Assembly: GCA_030704615.1 (NCBI GenBank)
Contig: CM060732.1
Span: 12,772,001 to 12,836,000, forward strand
Length of the DNA stretch: 64,000 nt
Origin: Takakia lepidozioides
Lineage: Eukaryota > Plantae > Bryophyta
Direction of reading: 5' to 3'
Part shown: piece after piece, positions 41,593-54,765 of the stretch
Layout of the letters: the number at the start of each line of letters is the position of its first letter
How positions within the stretch are numbered: position 1 is the first letter of the stretch
Program-made: the position numbers and the translations under genes
Notes under the pieces: model-generated
Database searches by the model: none
Seen by the model: only the letters and a program-made list of their open reading frames with translations
What the model was told of the DNA's origin: nothing

Positions 41593-43747
41593 TGTAATTT
41601 CTGTTAAACACCAGCTCTAGGGCTGTGAAATTCCAACCTTGACTCTCTCTCTCTTCTATCTACTATCAACCAGTTGTCCTAATGTATAGCTTTGATTCGT
41701 GGCACTGTCCTATAGTTTAAAGTACACACTTGAGGGTCACACACAAATACGGGCAGTTCTCACGAGTGCGACAAATTCACAACCGCAGCGAGTCACTTCA
41801 CAGCTTCTTTTCTGTTATGATAAAGGAAGACGTACAACTGTTTTTGTTATGCATCATGTTCAAGTCAACGGAGCCCATGCGGTCAAAGGACCTTACACGG
41901 TGTCAAGGCTCTGATTGGGGTGTTGTGCTGAGTCATGCCCCTTAGCCTCACCTGCCCCCTTATGTTTGCCAAAGCAAAAAGAGCCTTTGAGGCTTTTTAC
42001 ATACTGTCCAAAAAGCTCACCCGGCAATCTCTGCTTCTTGGACGGAGAATACTTGGTGTTGTATAGACCAAGCGTGAGATTAGGTACGACATTTGCTAAT
42101 GTTCAACTAATAACTAATTGGTGGTGATAATACGGAGTGTGGGCGCATGTAATTGACAAAGCTTGGAATTATTATTTTTTTAAATAAAAAAAATTAGACG
42201 AATTGCTCTCTATGTGTGCGAATCAGGTCGATCCAAAGTTCATCCACGGGATAACTCCTGTGGATGGATGAAAAAAGTGCCCAAATGTGCGCTGGCCCAA
42301 CACGCACATGGGGCAATTTATTGCGCCCCCCAAAACCTAAATGTGCGGCAGCTAGGGTTTTTTCAGCGTGGCATGTACCCCAAATCCATGGTTGGGGACC
42401 AAGGTATAACCGAAAAGGGAATAGGTGACATATCAGCCATAAGTACTCCGAGGGAAACACTGGGCAAAACAAGTCGCACATACGACGATGCCCGTAACGT
42501 GAAAGACTTTGAGGGAAGGGCGAAAGGGCTTAGTCCGATGGGTACACGAAAGCGACAAAGTTGCTTCGGCCAAAGGTTTGGTTTGAAGAAAGCGCCTGCC
42601 TGGTTTATGCACCAGCGAAAGAATAGGCGATGAACCAAATATTAAAGGACTTCCTTCGTTCCCTGGAAGTCGTACATTCCGGCTTAATCTCCGAAGGGGG
42701 CTCCGGTGCGGTTGACTTGCCGACGTGGCTAGCAACAATTGGCTGGCATGGAAATTTGATCAAAATCCACAAATTATCATCTACACATATTTCCAAAAAA
42801 AAATTGGGATTCCTCTTTGTCTTCTTGTAATATAGGACTCCACCACAGGAATTTTCATTTCATAAAAAACACTGGCTTCCAGGCAGCTTTTTCATTTCTT
42901 GGAGTTCTTTCACTGGTCTTGTACCCCTCTTATTGGACATACAAAGGAGGATTATGCAATTTTTGGAGAAATCCCTCCAAATTTGGAGAGTACCCTTGTA
43001 ACTGGTTGGAAATCAACTCCTGACCAAGTTACTACTACCTAGAGTTACTGTGATGACAAGTCATGCTTCCATAAGCAGTGCTGATAAGTCACAGCTAACA
43101 ATAGAGATAAGCCTCAGTTAGCTAAAAGATAGCTAAAGTTAGCTGCAGTTATTAGTGACTCAAGTCATTGGACCAGAATAGCAGGTGGAGATAACTTAAG
43201 TAAAAGCATGGAGTTATGCTATAGTTATCTCAGCTATTTCTGGATTAGACTTTGAGTATAAATAGGGAGAGCTTGGAGGGTGGACACACAGCTTGTTGTG
43301 GTCCTATGGTTGGGTGGAGAGTTCTCAATAATCAGTTCATCTTTTATCTCTATTCTCTGTCGAATTCCAACAGTAACTGGGCATACTGTGTGAATGTAGA
43401 GGTATGTGCCTCAGCAAAAATCAGTAAGGTGGCCAATGACCTTGGTCAAACTGCATTTCTCCATCTCCATTTATGTATTTTTTGCAAAATCCACCTTATA
43501 TAAATGTTATAATCTACCAGTTCTGACGGTCAAATCTCCCCTAATTTTGTCAGCAGGTACATGTAGTAGGTAGGTACCAGTTGGTACGGTTCATACTTGT
43601 GGATGTATGTCAGCTGTCAGATACAGCTTCATCCATGGGACTAGGTCCTGTTTTGGGGCTGGCCCACCAAAAGGGCTCGCGACTCCCTTAGGGGTTAAAG
43701 TATATGGGCATTTCAATTCATCCACATGTTCATGCTAAGAACCATCT

Positions 43748-43850
43748 GTTGGTAGCTCGGTTGGACAGAGCACTCAGTGCCACCCAAGTGATTTTGGGTC
43801 TAATCCTACTACCTTGTCGTGTGTGGTATAATCTTCTCCCCTTTTTTTTG
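43748..43850 (+). mobile_element. Possible tRNA-derived SINE head (degenerate Pol III A/B boxes, T-run)
   Basis: TAGCTCGGTTGGACAGAGC (A box/D-arm-like) and GGTCTAATCC (B-box-like) about 45 nt apart, with a T-run at ~43842. No convincing cloverleaf. Confidence 0.35.
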
Positions 43851-44309
43851 GGCGATGTCCCTTGACTTTGTGCTTGCGCCTCATGGAGAGACTAACATGA
43901 AAGAGGTTATTTTCTCCTCTCACTATAATTAAGGGGGGCAAAGACTATGTACCCCCAATCCATTTGGCCAGTTTGGGAAGGTCAAGCAACCCGACGACAC
44001 TTTGGGAAGAGCCAATATGTGGGACCGCGGGAGGCTTGGAGAGAAGGGAAATGGCTCGACAGGATGTAGACACGTGTACGCCTAGGCTAGCATAGAAGTA
44101 GGAGGTGGGCCCTCCTTCTACTTCTAGAGAATTCGTAGGAGTCGGTGGGGACGCGCCTTAAGATAGTATATATAGAGGGTAAGGGTATAGATATTACAAT
44201 TTTGCCTCCCTTTGGTGGGCTCCGCAAACAGCCCCCTTAGAAAATAAATTTTGGAACCTTGAACCATCTTGAAATAAATAAAAGTCTTACTATGACTATG
44301 ATCATTCGG

Positions 44310-44345
44310 GGAATGAATAATGGAATGAATAATGGAATGAATAAT
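44310..44345. repeat. 12-bp tandem repeat GGAATGAATAAT x3
   Basis: Direct reading. Confidence 0.85.
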
Positions 44346-44605
44346 GACTACGCTTACCCAACGAGTTGAATGCAAGCGTGGAAGCCTTGCCGGTACGGTT
44401 GTTGGGGATGGCCGTACCGGCGACGTTCCGACAGGGCGCACTGTCAAATCCCCACCGCCCGTTGCTCACCTGCAGGCCTATATTGTAGAGTAAAGGAGTA
44501 AAAAATCAAAAATTTGGCAAAAAGCAGATGGTAGTGTGGTGGCTAGGCGATATGTATCACACTATGAGGTTTGAGTTTCCATTCGTGGTAGTCAGAATAC
44601 ATTGA

Positions 44606-46144
44606 GTGATTGGTTGCGAAAAATTCTCCGATTCTCATTCCAGTCTCTCACTGTACCCAGTCTCTCACCACTGCTGTGCCTTCGCTTCTTCTCCTTGGAC
44701 TGACAAACCTGCCCCAAGTAGCCCCCTTCTTTGCCACTTCCCCTTCTCCAATTCAGTACCTATGTCTTCACTACCACTACTTGCCACACCACTCAAGGCC
44801 AGGACCAAAGGCAAAGCCACTACACAGCACCTACGATCATCCTCCTCCTCCCCCCCGCACGTCATAGCAATGGAAGCTGAGATGTCAACCCCTACAGCGC
44901 CCACTACTAAGGTGCCACCGTCAAGCTGCTCGTTCTCCGTGCCGGACCCCCTCGACTTGGACCAACATATGATCGATACACCAAATGTGACATCACATGT
45001 GCCATCCTGCAACCAGCCCAACGGCGATCAAGCTCCCATCACCCAGCACCCGAAACGAACCTCCAGCGAAGTTAGCAGTGCTGGTGGCCATGCTCCCTCT
45101 GAATAAAAAAAATCCCGAGGTCAGCAACAAGGCAACCAGGATTTGCAGCACCAAGAAATAAGCAGTGAGAGAGCGGCACCACATTTATGGTACGGTTTCC
45201 AAAACATGGAAACCTACGCGTATGAAAACAACAGACCCATCATCAGAGAGTCATGAACCAAAGACCAACTACTCGAGATGGGCATATCGCCCAAGGAATG
45301 TGACAAAATGCTCCACTGTCGGAAGGCCTTCCCCCGTGTTCCATAGCGACTCTATCCTGCTGATGGACTGAGCGGCCAGTTTTTGCATCTCACGCAACTT
45401 CCCCTTGGCACCAAGGTCAATCCGATTACAGGGCTCCCAACAGACCCCTACCACATTATGATCCGTTTCGACACTGAGATCGATTTGACGAGGGATCTTG
45501 TTCTCACCCGCGCTACCCAAAGATTCATGGATATGAACATTCAGCTCGGCAACATTCTCTATGCACCTATCTCAAACTACTCAAAGCCCACCACTCAGAT
45601 ATGGTCTGGTTTCTTGAAAGTAGAGCTCAGACACCCCGAAGTCGATGGATTGGCCCTACTCCGTGGAGATCGGGCTTTCGTCCTTGAAATCGAGCTTGGC
45701 GTCAAGCTTCAAGGGAAAGTTGAAAAGACTTATGACATCATAGCGTCCTCGGAAAGGCTCTCTCTGTATCTCACTGATGAGATCTTACGCGGTTTTGTGG
45801 GAACTCAACTGCCAATGCACTTTATTACACAAACCTACGATCATGGCGATAACTTTGAAATCCTCCATGTTCTCAAGTCCAGCCTTGACTCTCTGTACGG
45901 CTTCATCAATCTAGCTACCGAAGACACACGTGCTCGTATAATGGAGCTAGGAGTGCGTATCGACAACGTTCTCATCAAGCCCCGCGTCCGAATCAAGAAA
46001 CAAAGCAAGTCAAGCACCTTGAAACTGACCAACTAAGAATCCATTGCGGAAAGGAACGCTCTCACGATCGTCGCCAAAAACCTCCGCCTGGTTCACTCGT
46101 AACAAGACACTCTAGATGAACTGCATCGCCTTTTTGGCCAAGGG
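44606..46144 (+). pseudogene. Probable LINE ORF1-like remnant, cut off at ~46144
   Basis: S/P-rich N-terminal ORF and ORF 45383-46036 with RRM-like segments (YGFINL; TIVAKNL after an in-frame stop). Intronless, with stops and an abrupt end. Confidence 0.45.
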
Positions 46145-47076
46145 TGTCAATGACGAGAACATGATTGAACACAAACAAGAGATCAGACTAGAGGTACACG
46201 ACTAGACAAGAAGTCAAGGTCGGTGTGGTCGCACTACAACAGATCGCAGTATATATGACTGTATATATGACTATCCTGTAGTCATAAACGGTACTACATA
46301 TGACTGCGCTGACTGCAAGTCGTGCAAACCAAGTGAATATAATGAGTACAAGATGGTCGGTCATGGATGACTGCAGTCAGATGATACCAAGTGATACATC
46401 TCACTGTCATTTGGCAGTCATATGTACTTCTACCATACATGACTTAGTGTGCTGCTGCAAACTGTACACGTGTCTCTTTTTAATAAGTCCATGAGGTTTT
46501 GTGGATGTGCGCCACATGGCATATCCATAAGGAGGTCCTGCAGTCATTATCCTGACTACAACCATGCTAATATCTGGACACGTGGCACCATATGAGTAGT
46601 TTATTTTGAACTTTAAATGTATTTAAAGTCATTCCCACGACTATGCCAAGTGTTTTCTCAAGGATATGACACGTGTCAATGTATGATGCGTGTTGTGTAG
46701 TCATGGTGCCTACTGTAGAGTGGTTTGTTGGGTTGGACGTGAGGCATCAAATTAGTTGTTGAGAAATATTATTTGGAAAATCACAAACCCACCATCATTC
46801 ACAGGAAAGAACAAAGCGACAAAGCGCAAAGGACATAACAAAGGCACTGAAGGAACTGATTTCAGATGTAAAAAGAGATTGTCTTAAACAATTGCCAGTC
46901 AGATTTACAAAATAGCTATCATGTCCCAAAATCTGGCTCCTCAAAATAGAGTCTAAGGGGGCGAACATAACATACATGTTGCCCTCATAATCGTTAAATT
47001 TCCTGCTTTGGCTAACTAGCCATGACAAACAGCCTTACATCGGCCTTGTTATAAATTATCGTCAAGACGGTTCCCA

Positions 47077-47634
47077 TGTCGCGCACCTCACTTCGGTAAG
47101 CTCCCCCCTCAAGTCATAGTTACTCGCTTTGATGCGCGCGCCTGACTCCCAACCTGGCCCCCGGGCCAACTTGGAGCTTCGGCTGCTCACCGGGGCATAA
47201 CGGTCCCCCTTTGTTCTCCCAAAGAACCCTCCACCTATTTGGAACCAGCGGGAATTCCCTTTGGTAGTTGGCAGTCCGGAACAGCTCCCCACTCTTTGAT
47301 CGTTTTCCGGCTCGCTCGCTTACTCACTAGTTTTTGGTCACCAACGGGCTTGCACCGTTCTCGGGGTTACTACTCCCTATATATACTTCTGTAGCTGTCC
47401 GCGGGGTTTCACAACCAGCCATGCCATTTTATGGCGAACCACCACGAAAACCCTCGACTCCCGGCGATGAGTCGCGGTGAATCTTGGCCCACTCACCACG
47501 GCCCCTATGGACCGTGATGTGTCCCAAGACTCCCCACGACTCCCACCACGAGGTCTCCGCCCCATGGTGAGTCCTATGCCACCCCCACTAAGTCCCGCTA
47601 AGCTACCACCACCCCTTGTGGAGCCACCCCCACC
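47077..47634 (-). repeat. 3' LTR (incomplete, 558 bp)
   Basis: Direct repeat of 52921-53478 with about 10 substitutions by eye. Adjoined by a minus-strand purine tract AAGAAGAGG. Confidence 0.9.
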
Positions 47635-48313
47635 TCTTCTTGGCCTACTTCAAGGCCAAGGAACGATCCTCCCCGAGGATCGAATCGCCTTACTGCAACA
47701 ACATTGCTTGCGATCGCTCATGATGCCGCTTTTGGCATTACCTTGAGCAAGGGTTCACCTGGAACCCTCTTTGACTAGGAAGATAACCTTGAACCAACCG
47801 TGCGCCCCAATCACTGCAATTGGGTCCGCCTTGGAATGCTGGCCTAAGGTACGGGAACACGCCGAAGCCGCACTACGACTTCGTCCCGAGGCTACACGAT
47901 TATAGTACGTGAACGGAAGCACGTAGCTTCGCGTTAGCCCGCACTACAAGGCAACCCCCTCGGTAGCGCAGTTATAGTACGCGCACGCGCCAGGTGCGCA
48001 CTAGCACGTGAACTCCCAAAGAAGGCGCAAGTTTCCTTGCCCCTTGGATGGGGGTCACCCGATTTCGGCACTACGCAAACACACGATTAACCCAATTTAC
48101 CTCTCCCACTTTTATAAGCTAGCATGCATTCTACACACTAGCCAACCATACCATGCATCACCATTCCAAACAAAATAGGACGCACAACATTTGGAATCCA
48201 TTTCATTTATAGCACGTTTTGTACAATACAAGATTTTGCAATCGGATTCCTAAGCTAGCTAAACCGGGCTAAGCATGCATTTCCTCCCTCACGCTCCAAG
48301 GTTGATGTCCCCA

Positions 48314-51300
48314 TCAACGCTTCTTCCGCTTTTGAGGTCGCCCTTCGAAAGCTGCAACCGCCTCAGATGCGTTTCCCATTTCTGAGGCACGCACCCAAAA
48401 TGCCTCCACATGATGATAGCCCTTCCATTTGACGAGATACTCCGTTTCTCGGTTCTTGAACCTCCTCGACTTAAGTATTGCCTCCACCTCGTACTCAGGT
48501 TCATTTTCATGATCCAACAGCATAGGTGGCGGACGCAACACTTGATGCCGATTCGGACGCGCTTCATCTTTGAAGTAAGGCTTCAAAAGGGAGACAAGGA
48601 ATATTGGGTGCACTTTGCTGTTTGCCGGCAGCTCCAATTCATACACATCCTCATTCATAACCTTCCGAATGCGAAAGGGTCCCGCATACGGAGGCACGAA
48701 CTTCGGGCTCACTCCCGGAGGTAGTCGGAAATTCTTGATGTTCAACCAGACCTCCGTGCCTGCCTCAAACTTCACTTCCCTCCGCTTCCGATTCGTCTGC
48801 CTTTCATATCGTTTCCTAGCTTTGGCAATGTTGTACTTTGCGAGCTTCAACAAACGCTCGCGTTCTTCCAGTACCGCCGCTACTGCCGGTTCCTCAACGT
48901 CTTGGGCGGCCCAACTTGTCGGCACCAGAGGTGCTTTTCCATAGACCAATACGAAAGGGGAAACTCCCGTTGCGGAATGTTCAGTGTTATTATAACAGAA
49001 CTCTGCCGCCTCTAAGTGTTCCACCCAGTCTGTTTGGGCTGCCGACACGTAATTCCGCAAGATCTGCTTCACTACGGAATTCACTCTTTCTGTTTGGCCG
49101 TCGGTCATAGGTCGGAAGGCGGTGCTCATCTTCAGCCTCGTCCCCATCTTCTTCCAAAGTGCCCTCCAAAATTTACTCGTAAACTTTGGATCGCGGTCCG
49201 AGACAATATCCTTCGGGACTCCATGATGCTTTAAGACGTGGGCGAAATAAAGTCGCACTGTCTCCTGCGCCGTTGCCATCTCCTTGGTGGGGATGAAATG
49301 GCCCATTTTACTGAACCTATCCACCACCACCATGATTGCATCGAATCCTTTTGACAGCGGCATAGCAGTCATGAAATCCATCGAGACGCTTTCCCAAGTC
49401 CCCTCTGGAATCGGCAAGGGTTGTAACAGCCTCGCTTGCTTTTTGTACTCGCTCCGGTTTTGTTGGCATGTGGTGCATGTCTTGACATACTCCTCTGCCT
49501 CCTCCCTCAGTTTGGGCCAGAAATACTCTTTCTTCAAGAGTGTCGCAGTGCGCTTGGCTCCGCCGTGGCCCGCAAGCGGGCTATCATGGCATTCTCTCAA
49601 GAGGCTATCTCTGATCCCTCCCTTTGGCACGTAGAGAAGTTTTTGCTTATACCGGAGCAGTCCATTTTGCAAGTGGAGCTGCGATTTAACCCCCATCCTC
49701 AAGTCCTGCATCACGGACTTCGCCAGCTCATCCTTCCGGCAAGCCTTCCGGATCTTCCTTTGGAGCGCCGTCTCGCCCCTGTACACCAACAGGAGCTGCT
49801 GCTTTCTACTTAAAGCATCGGCCACCACATTGTCCCGTCCCGGTTTGTACTGGATATCCACGTCGAACACCGCCAAAGTATCTTGTCACCTAAGTTGTTT
49901 TGGGGACAACTTGGGCTGCGTGGCAAAATACTTCACTGTGACATTGTCCGTGAACACCTTCACTGGATTGGAACCAACATAGTGGCGCCAAAGCTCAAGG
50001 CAATGCACCACCGCCTTCATCTCTTTTTCGTGCGTCGGCCACCGTCGCTCCACTTCATTCAGTTTCTTACTTTCGTAAGTCACTGGACGTCCATCTTGCA
50101 TAAGTACACCCCCAATCGCGAAGTCCGACGCATCTGTATGAATCTCAAATGGACGATCGAACTCCGGGATTTTCAAGACTGGAGCTTCCGCCATCCGCTG
50201 CTTCAATTCAACAAAAGCTTGGCCACAAAATGTGTTCCATACCCAGACTTTGGATTTACACAGAAGGTCCGACAGCGGCCCCGCGATCTTGGCGAAATTT
50301 CTCACATACTTCCGGTAATAGGAGGCGAGTCCTAGGAAGGATCGCACTCCCGGGACCGAAGTCGGAGGCTCCCAGTCCAAGATCGCCCTCACATTTCTGT
50401 CATCCATTTTGATCCCATCCTGTGTAATCACATGCCCCAAGAACTCCACTTTCGTGACCCCGAATTCGCACTTTGAAGCTTTGGCATACAGCTTCCCTTC
50501 TTGCAATTTTGGAACACCCTTTTGAGGTGCTCCAGGTGCTCCTCCTTTGTTTTCGAGTACACCAAGATGTCGTCGATGTACACGATCACAAAGTCATCCA
50601 ACCACTCCTGAAAAAGGCTGTTCATCAGCGTGCTAAATGTCGCTGGTGCATTGGTGAGCCCAAAAGGCATCACCAAGAACTCATATGAACCATACCTTGT
50701 CCTGCACGCGGTCTTCTCCTCATCTCCTTCCGCCACCCGAATTTGATGATAGCCGGAGCGCAAGTCGATCCAGCTGAAATACTTCGCTCCTGCCAACCGA
50801 TCGAAGAGGTCGTCGATCCTTGGCAAAGGGTACCGGTTTTTGATAGTCACCTTATTCAAAGCCCTGTAATCGACACACATCCGCAGCGTCCCATCCTTCT
50901 TGTCTGCGAATAGCACCGGGGCTCCGTAAGGTGACTTACTCGGCCGGATGTACCCCTTTGACATTAGATCTTTGAGCTGAGTCTTCAGCTCGACCAACTC
51001 TTTGTGGCTCAACTGGTAGGGTGCCTTGGCAGGCGGTTCCGTTCCCGGTATCACCTCAATCTTGTGGTCAACTCCTCTTCGCGGTGGCAAGCCGCTTGGT
51101 AAATCCTCCGGCATCACATCCTGGTATTTCTCCAAAATCCCCTTGATCCAATCTGGGCTCGGCTCCCCATCGCCTTCTCCCTTCACTTCTCTAATGTAAA
51201 GCAAAAATTGGGGTTCGTGTGCCTCCTCCACGGCCCACTCCCTTGCTGACATAAGGTTTATTCTCCCTCCCACGGATTTGGGCGTTTCCGACACTCGTAA

Positions 51301-52865
51301 GACCTCGCCACCATTCCCACATGGCAGCGTGACTACTCTCTTGCGGCCATCTATGACCGCTCCGGATTTGCTCAAAAAGGTCATCCCCAAAGTAAGATCT
51401 ACTCCATCGATCTCGCAGATGGTGAAGTTCTCACGTCCCTCCCAACTCCCCAGTTGAAGAGGAACATCAAACGCCAACCTTGTCGCCAACTATGGTTCTC
51501 CTTTGGTAAAACGCACCTCAATAGAGGCCCCCACGTTACTTGTCGGGAGTCCCAACTTTCGCGCCACCGCCGGCGTCATGAAGGAGTGCGACGCTCCTCT
51601 GTCCACCAACAACGACAGTTCCGGATATTATCCCATCCACGAACAATAACTGAGTCCCTTTACGCAGGGTGCCAGTTTCCTGATACAACTCACAAGAATA
51701 GTTGCCTACCTTGCAAGTCCTGGCGACCACCGCTTCCACCAAGCGACTGATGGTATCTTCCGACAGCTCCGTGGTTACCCGAGTCATGTTCAATTGTCGA
51801 GGTTTTGTGCACTTCTTGTCCATGTGCCCAGGCTCCCCGCAATTGAAACACACTCCATCAAAGGTCGCCTTCTGTCCGCCATAAGCCGCTCCACCCGCTT
51901 TTCCTTTCGAAGCACCGGGTGCCGCCTTGACGTGTGAAGGCCCTCCCTTCGATTTCCACGTGCCATTGTCGCCGCGTGGCCTATCCCACTTCTTTTCCGG
52001 TCGGAAGGAGTCACCTTCCCGCTGGGTCTTCTTGTGGTTCAGCTCCGTACGGCCTTGTCTCTCACCCCTAGGGACATCCGAGAAACATTCAGCCCTCTCA
52101 ATTGCCTCGTTCAAAGTCTTGGGTGGCCTCCAACTTCCGCCTGGCCCATGGGGCCAGTCCCGCCACAAAGTTGAAGACCATTTCTGGTTCTGCCATGTCC
52201 GCGACTTTGAGCAACAGCACATTGAAAGCCTGGACATACCTCCGAATGTCATCTGTTTGCTTCAAATTCCTCATCTTGTCCCGGGCAAGCCAGGACGCGT
52301 TGAGGGGCACAAACTGTCTCTTCATCAATTCCTTGAACCCACTCCAGTTCAAGGTTTCCGGGCTTGGGCCTCGGTCGTGAAGGCGTTTCTGCCACCATTG
52401 TTGAGCATAGCCCCTCAAATAGGTGGGAGCCACTTCCACCCGATCCTCGTCACTCAACTTGGCCGCCCGGAAGTACTGCTCTAGCTCCAGGAGCCAGGTG
52501 TTGAGTGCCTTCCGATTTTGGACACCCTCGAAGGTGCCGGGTTCCTTAGGCTTCACCTTAAATTTTGCCTTAGTGGAAGTGGCATTAGCCGCCTTCAACA
52601 CGTCTTTCAACGTCCCGCCAAACTGCGCCAACAACCCTTCCCAAAAGGCTGCCGGCATTGGAGGCATCTCTTGGTTTGTCGGAGCTCTCAAGGATTCCTC
52701 GGGCTCCGACTCCTCGGATTCCTCCCGCTCTTGAGCGGCCTCATTTTCGAAAACATGCATCGCTTCCTCAAACGGCCGCCTCGGTGACACGTCGCCCCCA
52801 TCGGGCTCACCGGGATCATCATTTTTTGGGTCGTTCCGCTTTCGCTTCGGCTTGCCCGACCCCAT
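48314..52865 (-). pseudogene. Gag-pol polyprotein (gag, CCHC knuckle, protease, RT, RNase H, integrase, chromodomain), disrupted
   Basis: CFNCGEPGHMDKKC; LVDRGASHSF (the D-S/T-G motif reads DRG); [15 protein letters not shown]; TDASDFAIG; HHCC integrase with IVSDRD and TDGQTER; YEVEAIL...YLVKWKGY. Frameshifts near 52130, 51650-51490 and 50510; TGA at 49886. Confidence 0.93.
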
Positions 52866-52906
52866 GATGAGGCCAATCCCAAGGACGATCGCGTACTAAA
52901 CTCTAA

Positions 52907-52918
52907 GCTCTGATACCA
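52907..52918 (-). promoter_or_regulatory. Primer-binding site complementary to initiator tRNA-Met
   Basis: Minus strand TGGTATCAGAGC, 2 nt from the 5' LTR end. Confidence 0.92.
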
Positions 52919-52920
52919 AG

Positions 52921-53663
52921 TGTCGCGCACCTCATTTCGGTAAGCTCCCCCCTCAAGTCATTGTTACTCGCTTTGATGCGCACGCCTGACTCCCAACCTG
53001 GCCCCCGGGCCAACTTGGAGCTTCGGCTGCTCACCGAGGCATAACGGTCCCCCTTTGTTCTCCCAAAGAACCCTCCACCTATTTGGAACCAGCGGGAATT
53101 CCCTTTGGTAGTTGGCAGTCCGGAACAGCTCCCCATTCTTTGGTCGCTTTCCGGCTCGCTCGCTTACTCACTAGTTTTTGGTCACCAACGGGCTTGCACC
53201 ATTCTCGGGGTTACTACTCCCTATATATACTTCTGTAGCTGTCCGCGGGGTTTCACAACCAGCCATGCCATTTTATGGCGAACCACCACGAAAACCCTCG
53301 ACTCCCGGCGATGAGTCGCGGTGAGTCTTGGCCCACTCACCACGGCCCCTATGGACCGTGATGAGTCCCAAGACTCCCCACGACTCCCACCACGAGGTCT
53401 CCGCCCCATGGTGAGTCCTATGCCACCCCCACTAAGTCCCGCTAAGCTACCACCACCCCTTGTGGAGCCACCCCCACCGCAACCCGGTGTGCGGGGCTCC
53501 ACCTAGTGAGCGCCTCCGCCTCCTTGAGTGCCTTGGGCACTCAAGGGTGCTTTAGCCCCCATACCTATCGCTGCCGCTGCCCCCACCACAGGGGCAGCCC
53601 CTCATGTGTCCTGACCCCCCCCCCCCCCCCCCCCCCCTACCCTCAAGGCAAAGGGTCGCGACA
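52921..53663 (-). repeat. 5' LTR (743 bp, complete)
   Basis: TG...CA ends with 7-bp inverted termini, flanked by the PBS and the TSD. Confidence 0.92.
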
Positions 53664-54079
53664 TCCCAGGTCACGAATGTGTAGTAACTCCATGCCCATT
53701 GCATGTACACCACAACCACAAACACATGAGTTCATGACTCTATCTGTCAAGAGAATAGTGAGAGACTGCAGGCCTGCCAAGACTAGCCCATGGACACCAG
53801 CACCGTCACTGAAATTAGGACGAGGGAAGAGTGCATAGTTAGTGTGAACTGCCCAAAAAAACCACACCTATCTTGCAGTGATGTACAGCTTGAACATAAC
53901 CAGGTTGGATGTCAAGGTTCAGAGAGGGTCCAGTAAAAACCGGCTCTTAACATGGATCATTGAGTGAGAGATGGAGTGACATACCTGTTAGGAAGGAGAT
54001 GACTTTGTAGTTTTCACAGAATGAAGAAGAACATGGCCGCCATGTACGCCTTGTCCTTGATAAATTAAGAGAAAGATGA

Positions 54080-54765
54080 CTATATGTAAAGTTGGAAAAA
54101 ATGTTTTTTCTATTAATCTGAGGTCAAATTTTTGGGCTACATTATTTCCGACAAAGACGTCTTTATGGATCAGAAGAAAATACAAACCATCATCGAGTGG
54201 ATTAAACCAACTTCAGTTCGAGATGTACAATATTTTCTGGGATTTGCAAAATTCTATAGAATCTTCATCAATGACTACTCCAAAGTTGCTGCACCACTGA
54301 CACGACTCACAGGGAAGGATAAATTTGTATGGAACGAGAATGTTGACTAGACATTTGAAATGCTGAAGCAGACATTTACAACAGCTCCAATACTGGTACA
54401 TGCAGACCCATCTAAACCATTCTTTTTGGAAGCAGATGCATCGGACTTTGCACTTGGTACTTTTTCAATATGGTACGGATGGCCGACTTCACCCTGTTGA
54501 TTTTTGTTCTCGCAAATTTCTCGTTGCGGAGATCAATTATGAAATCCATGACAAAGAACTTCTAGCGATTATCGATGCTTTTGATGAGTGACATCATCTA
54601 TTGGAGGGAGCTAAACATCAGGTCACTGTCTACACCGATCACAAAAACCTCGAGTATTTTATGAGTGCTCGTGTTTTGAACCGACGTCAAGTGAAATGGA
54701 GTATGTCACTAACAAGGTTTGATTACGTTATTACCTACCATCCCGGACATCTTCAAGGAAAACCA
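54080..54765 (+). pseudogene. Fragment of a second Ty3/gypsy pol (RT C-terminus plus RNase H)
   Basis: LGYIIS...FLGFAKFYRIFI...[11 protein letters not shown]...[13 protein letters not shown]...[11 protein letters not shown], with stops and frameshifts. Confidence 0.88.

Larger units (their letters stand above)
47077..53663 (-). mobile_element. Ty3/gypsy chromovirus LTR retrotransposon, 6587 bp, TSD TCCCA
   Basis: Ends TGTCGCG...CGCGACA. TCCCA at 47072-47076 and 53664-53668. tRNA-iMet PBS present. Domain order gag-PR-RT-RNaseH-IN-chromodomain. Confidence 0.96.

Noticed and set aside
42997-43560. Solo-LTR-like segment (TGTAAC start, AGCTA/AGTTA repeats, TATAAAT)
   Set aside because: No matching CA end with a TSD.
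48410-52787. Plus-strand ORFs overlapping the Ty3 gag-pol
   Set aside because: Antisense shadow frames of a GC-rich coding region.
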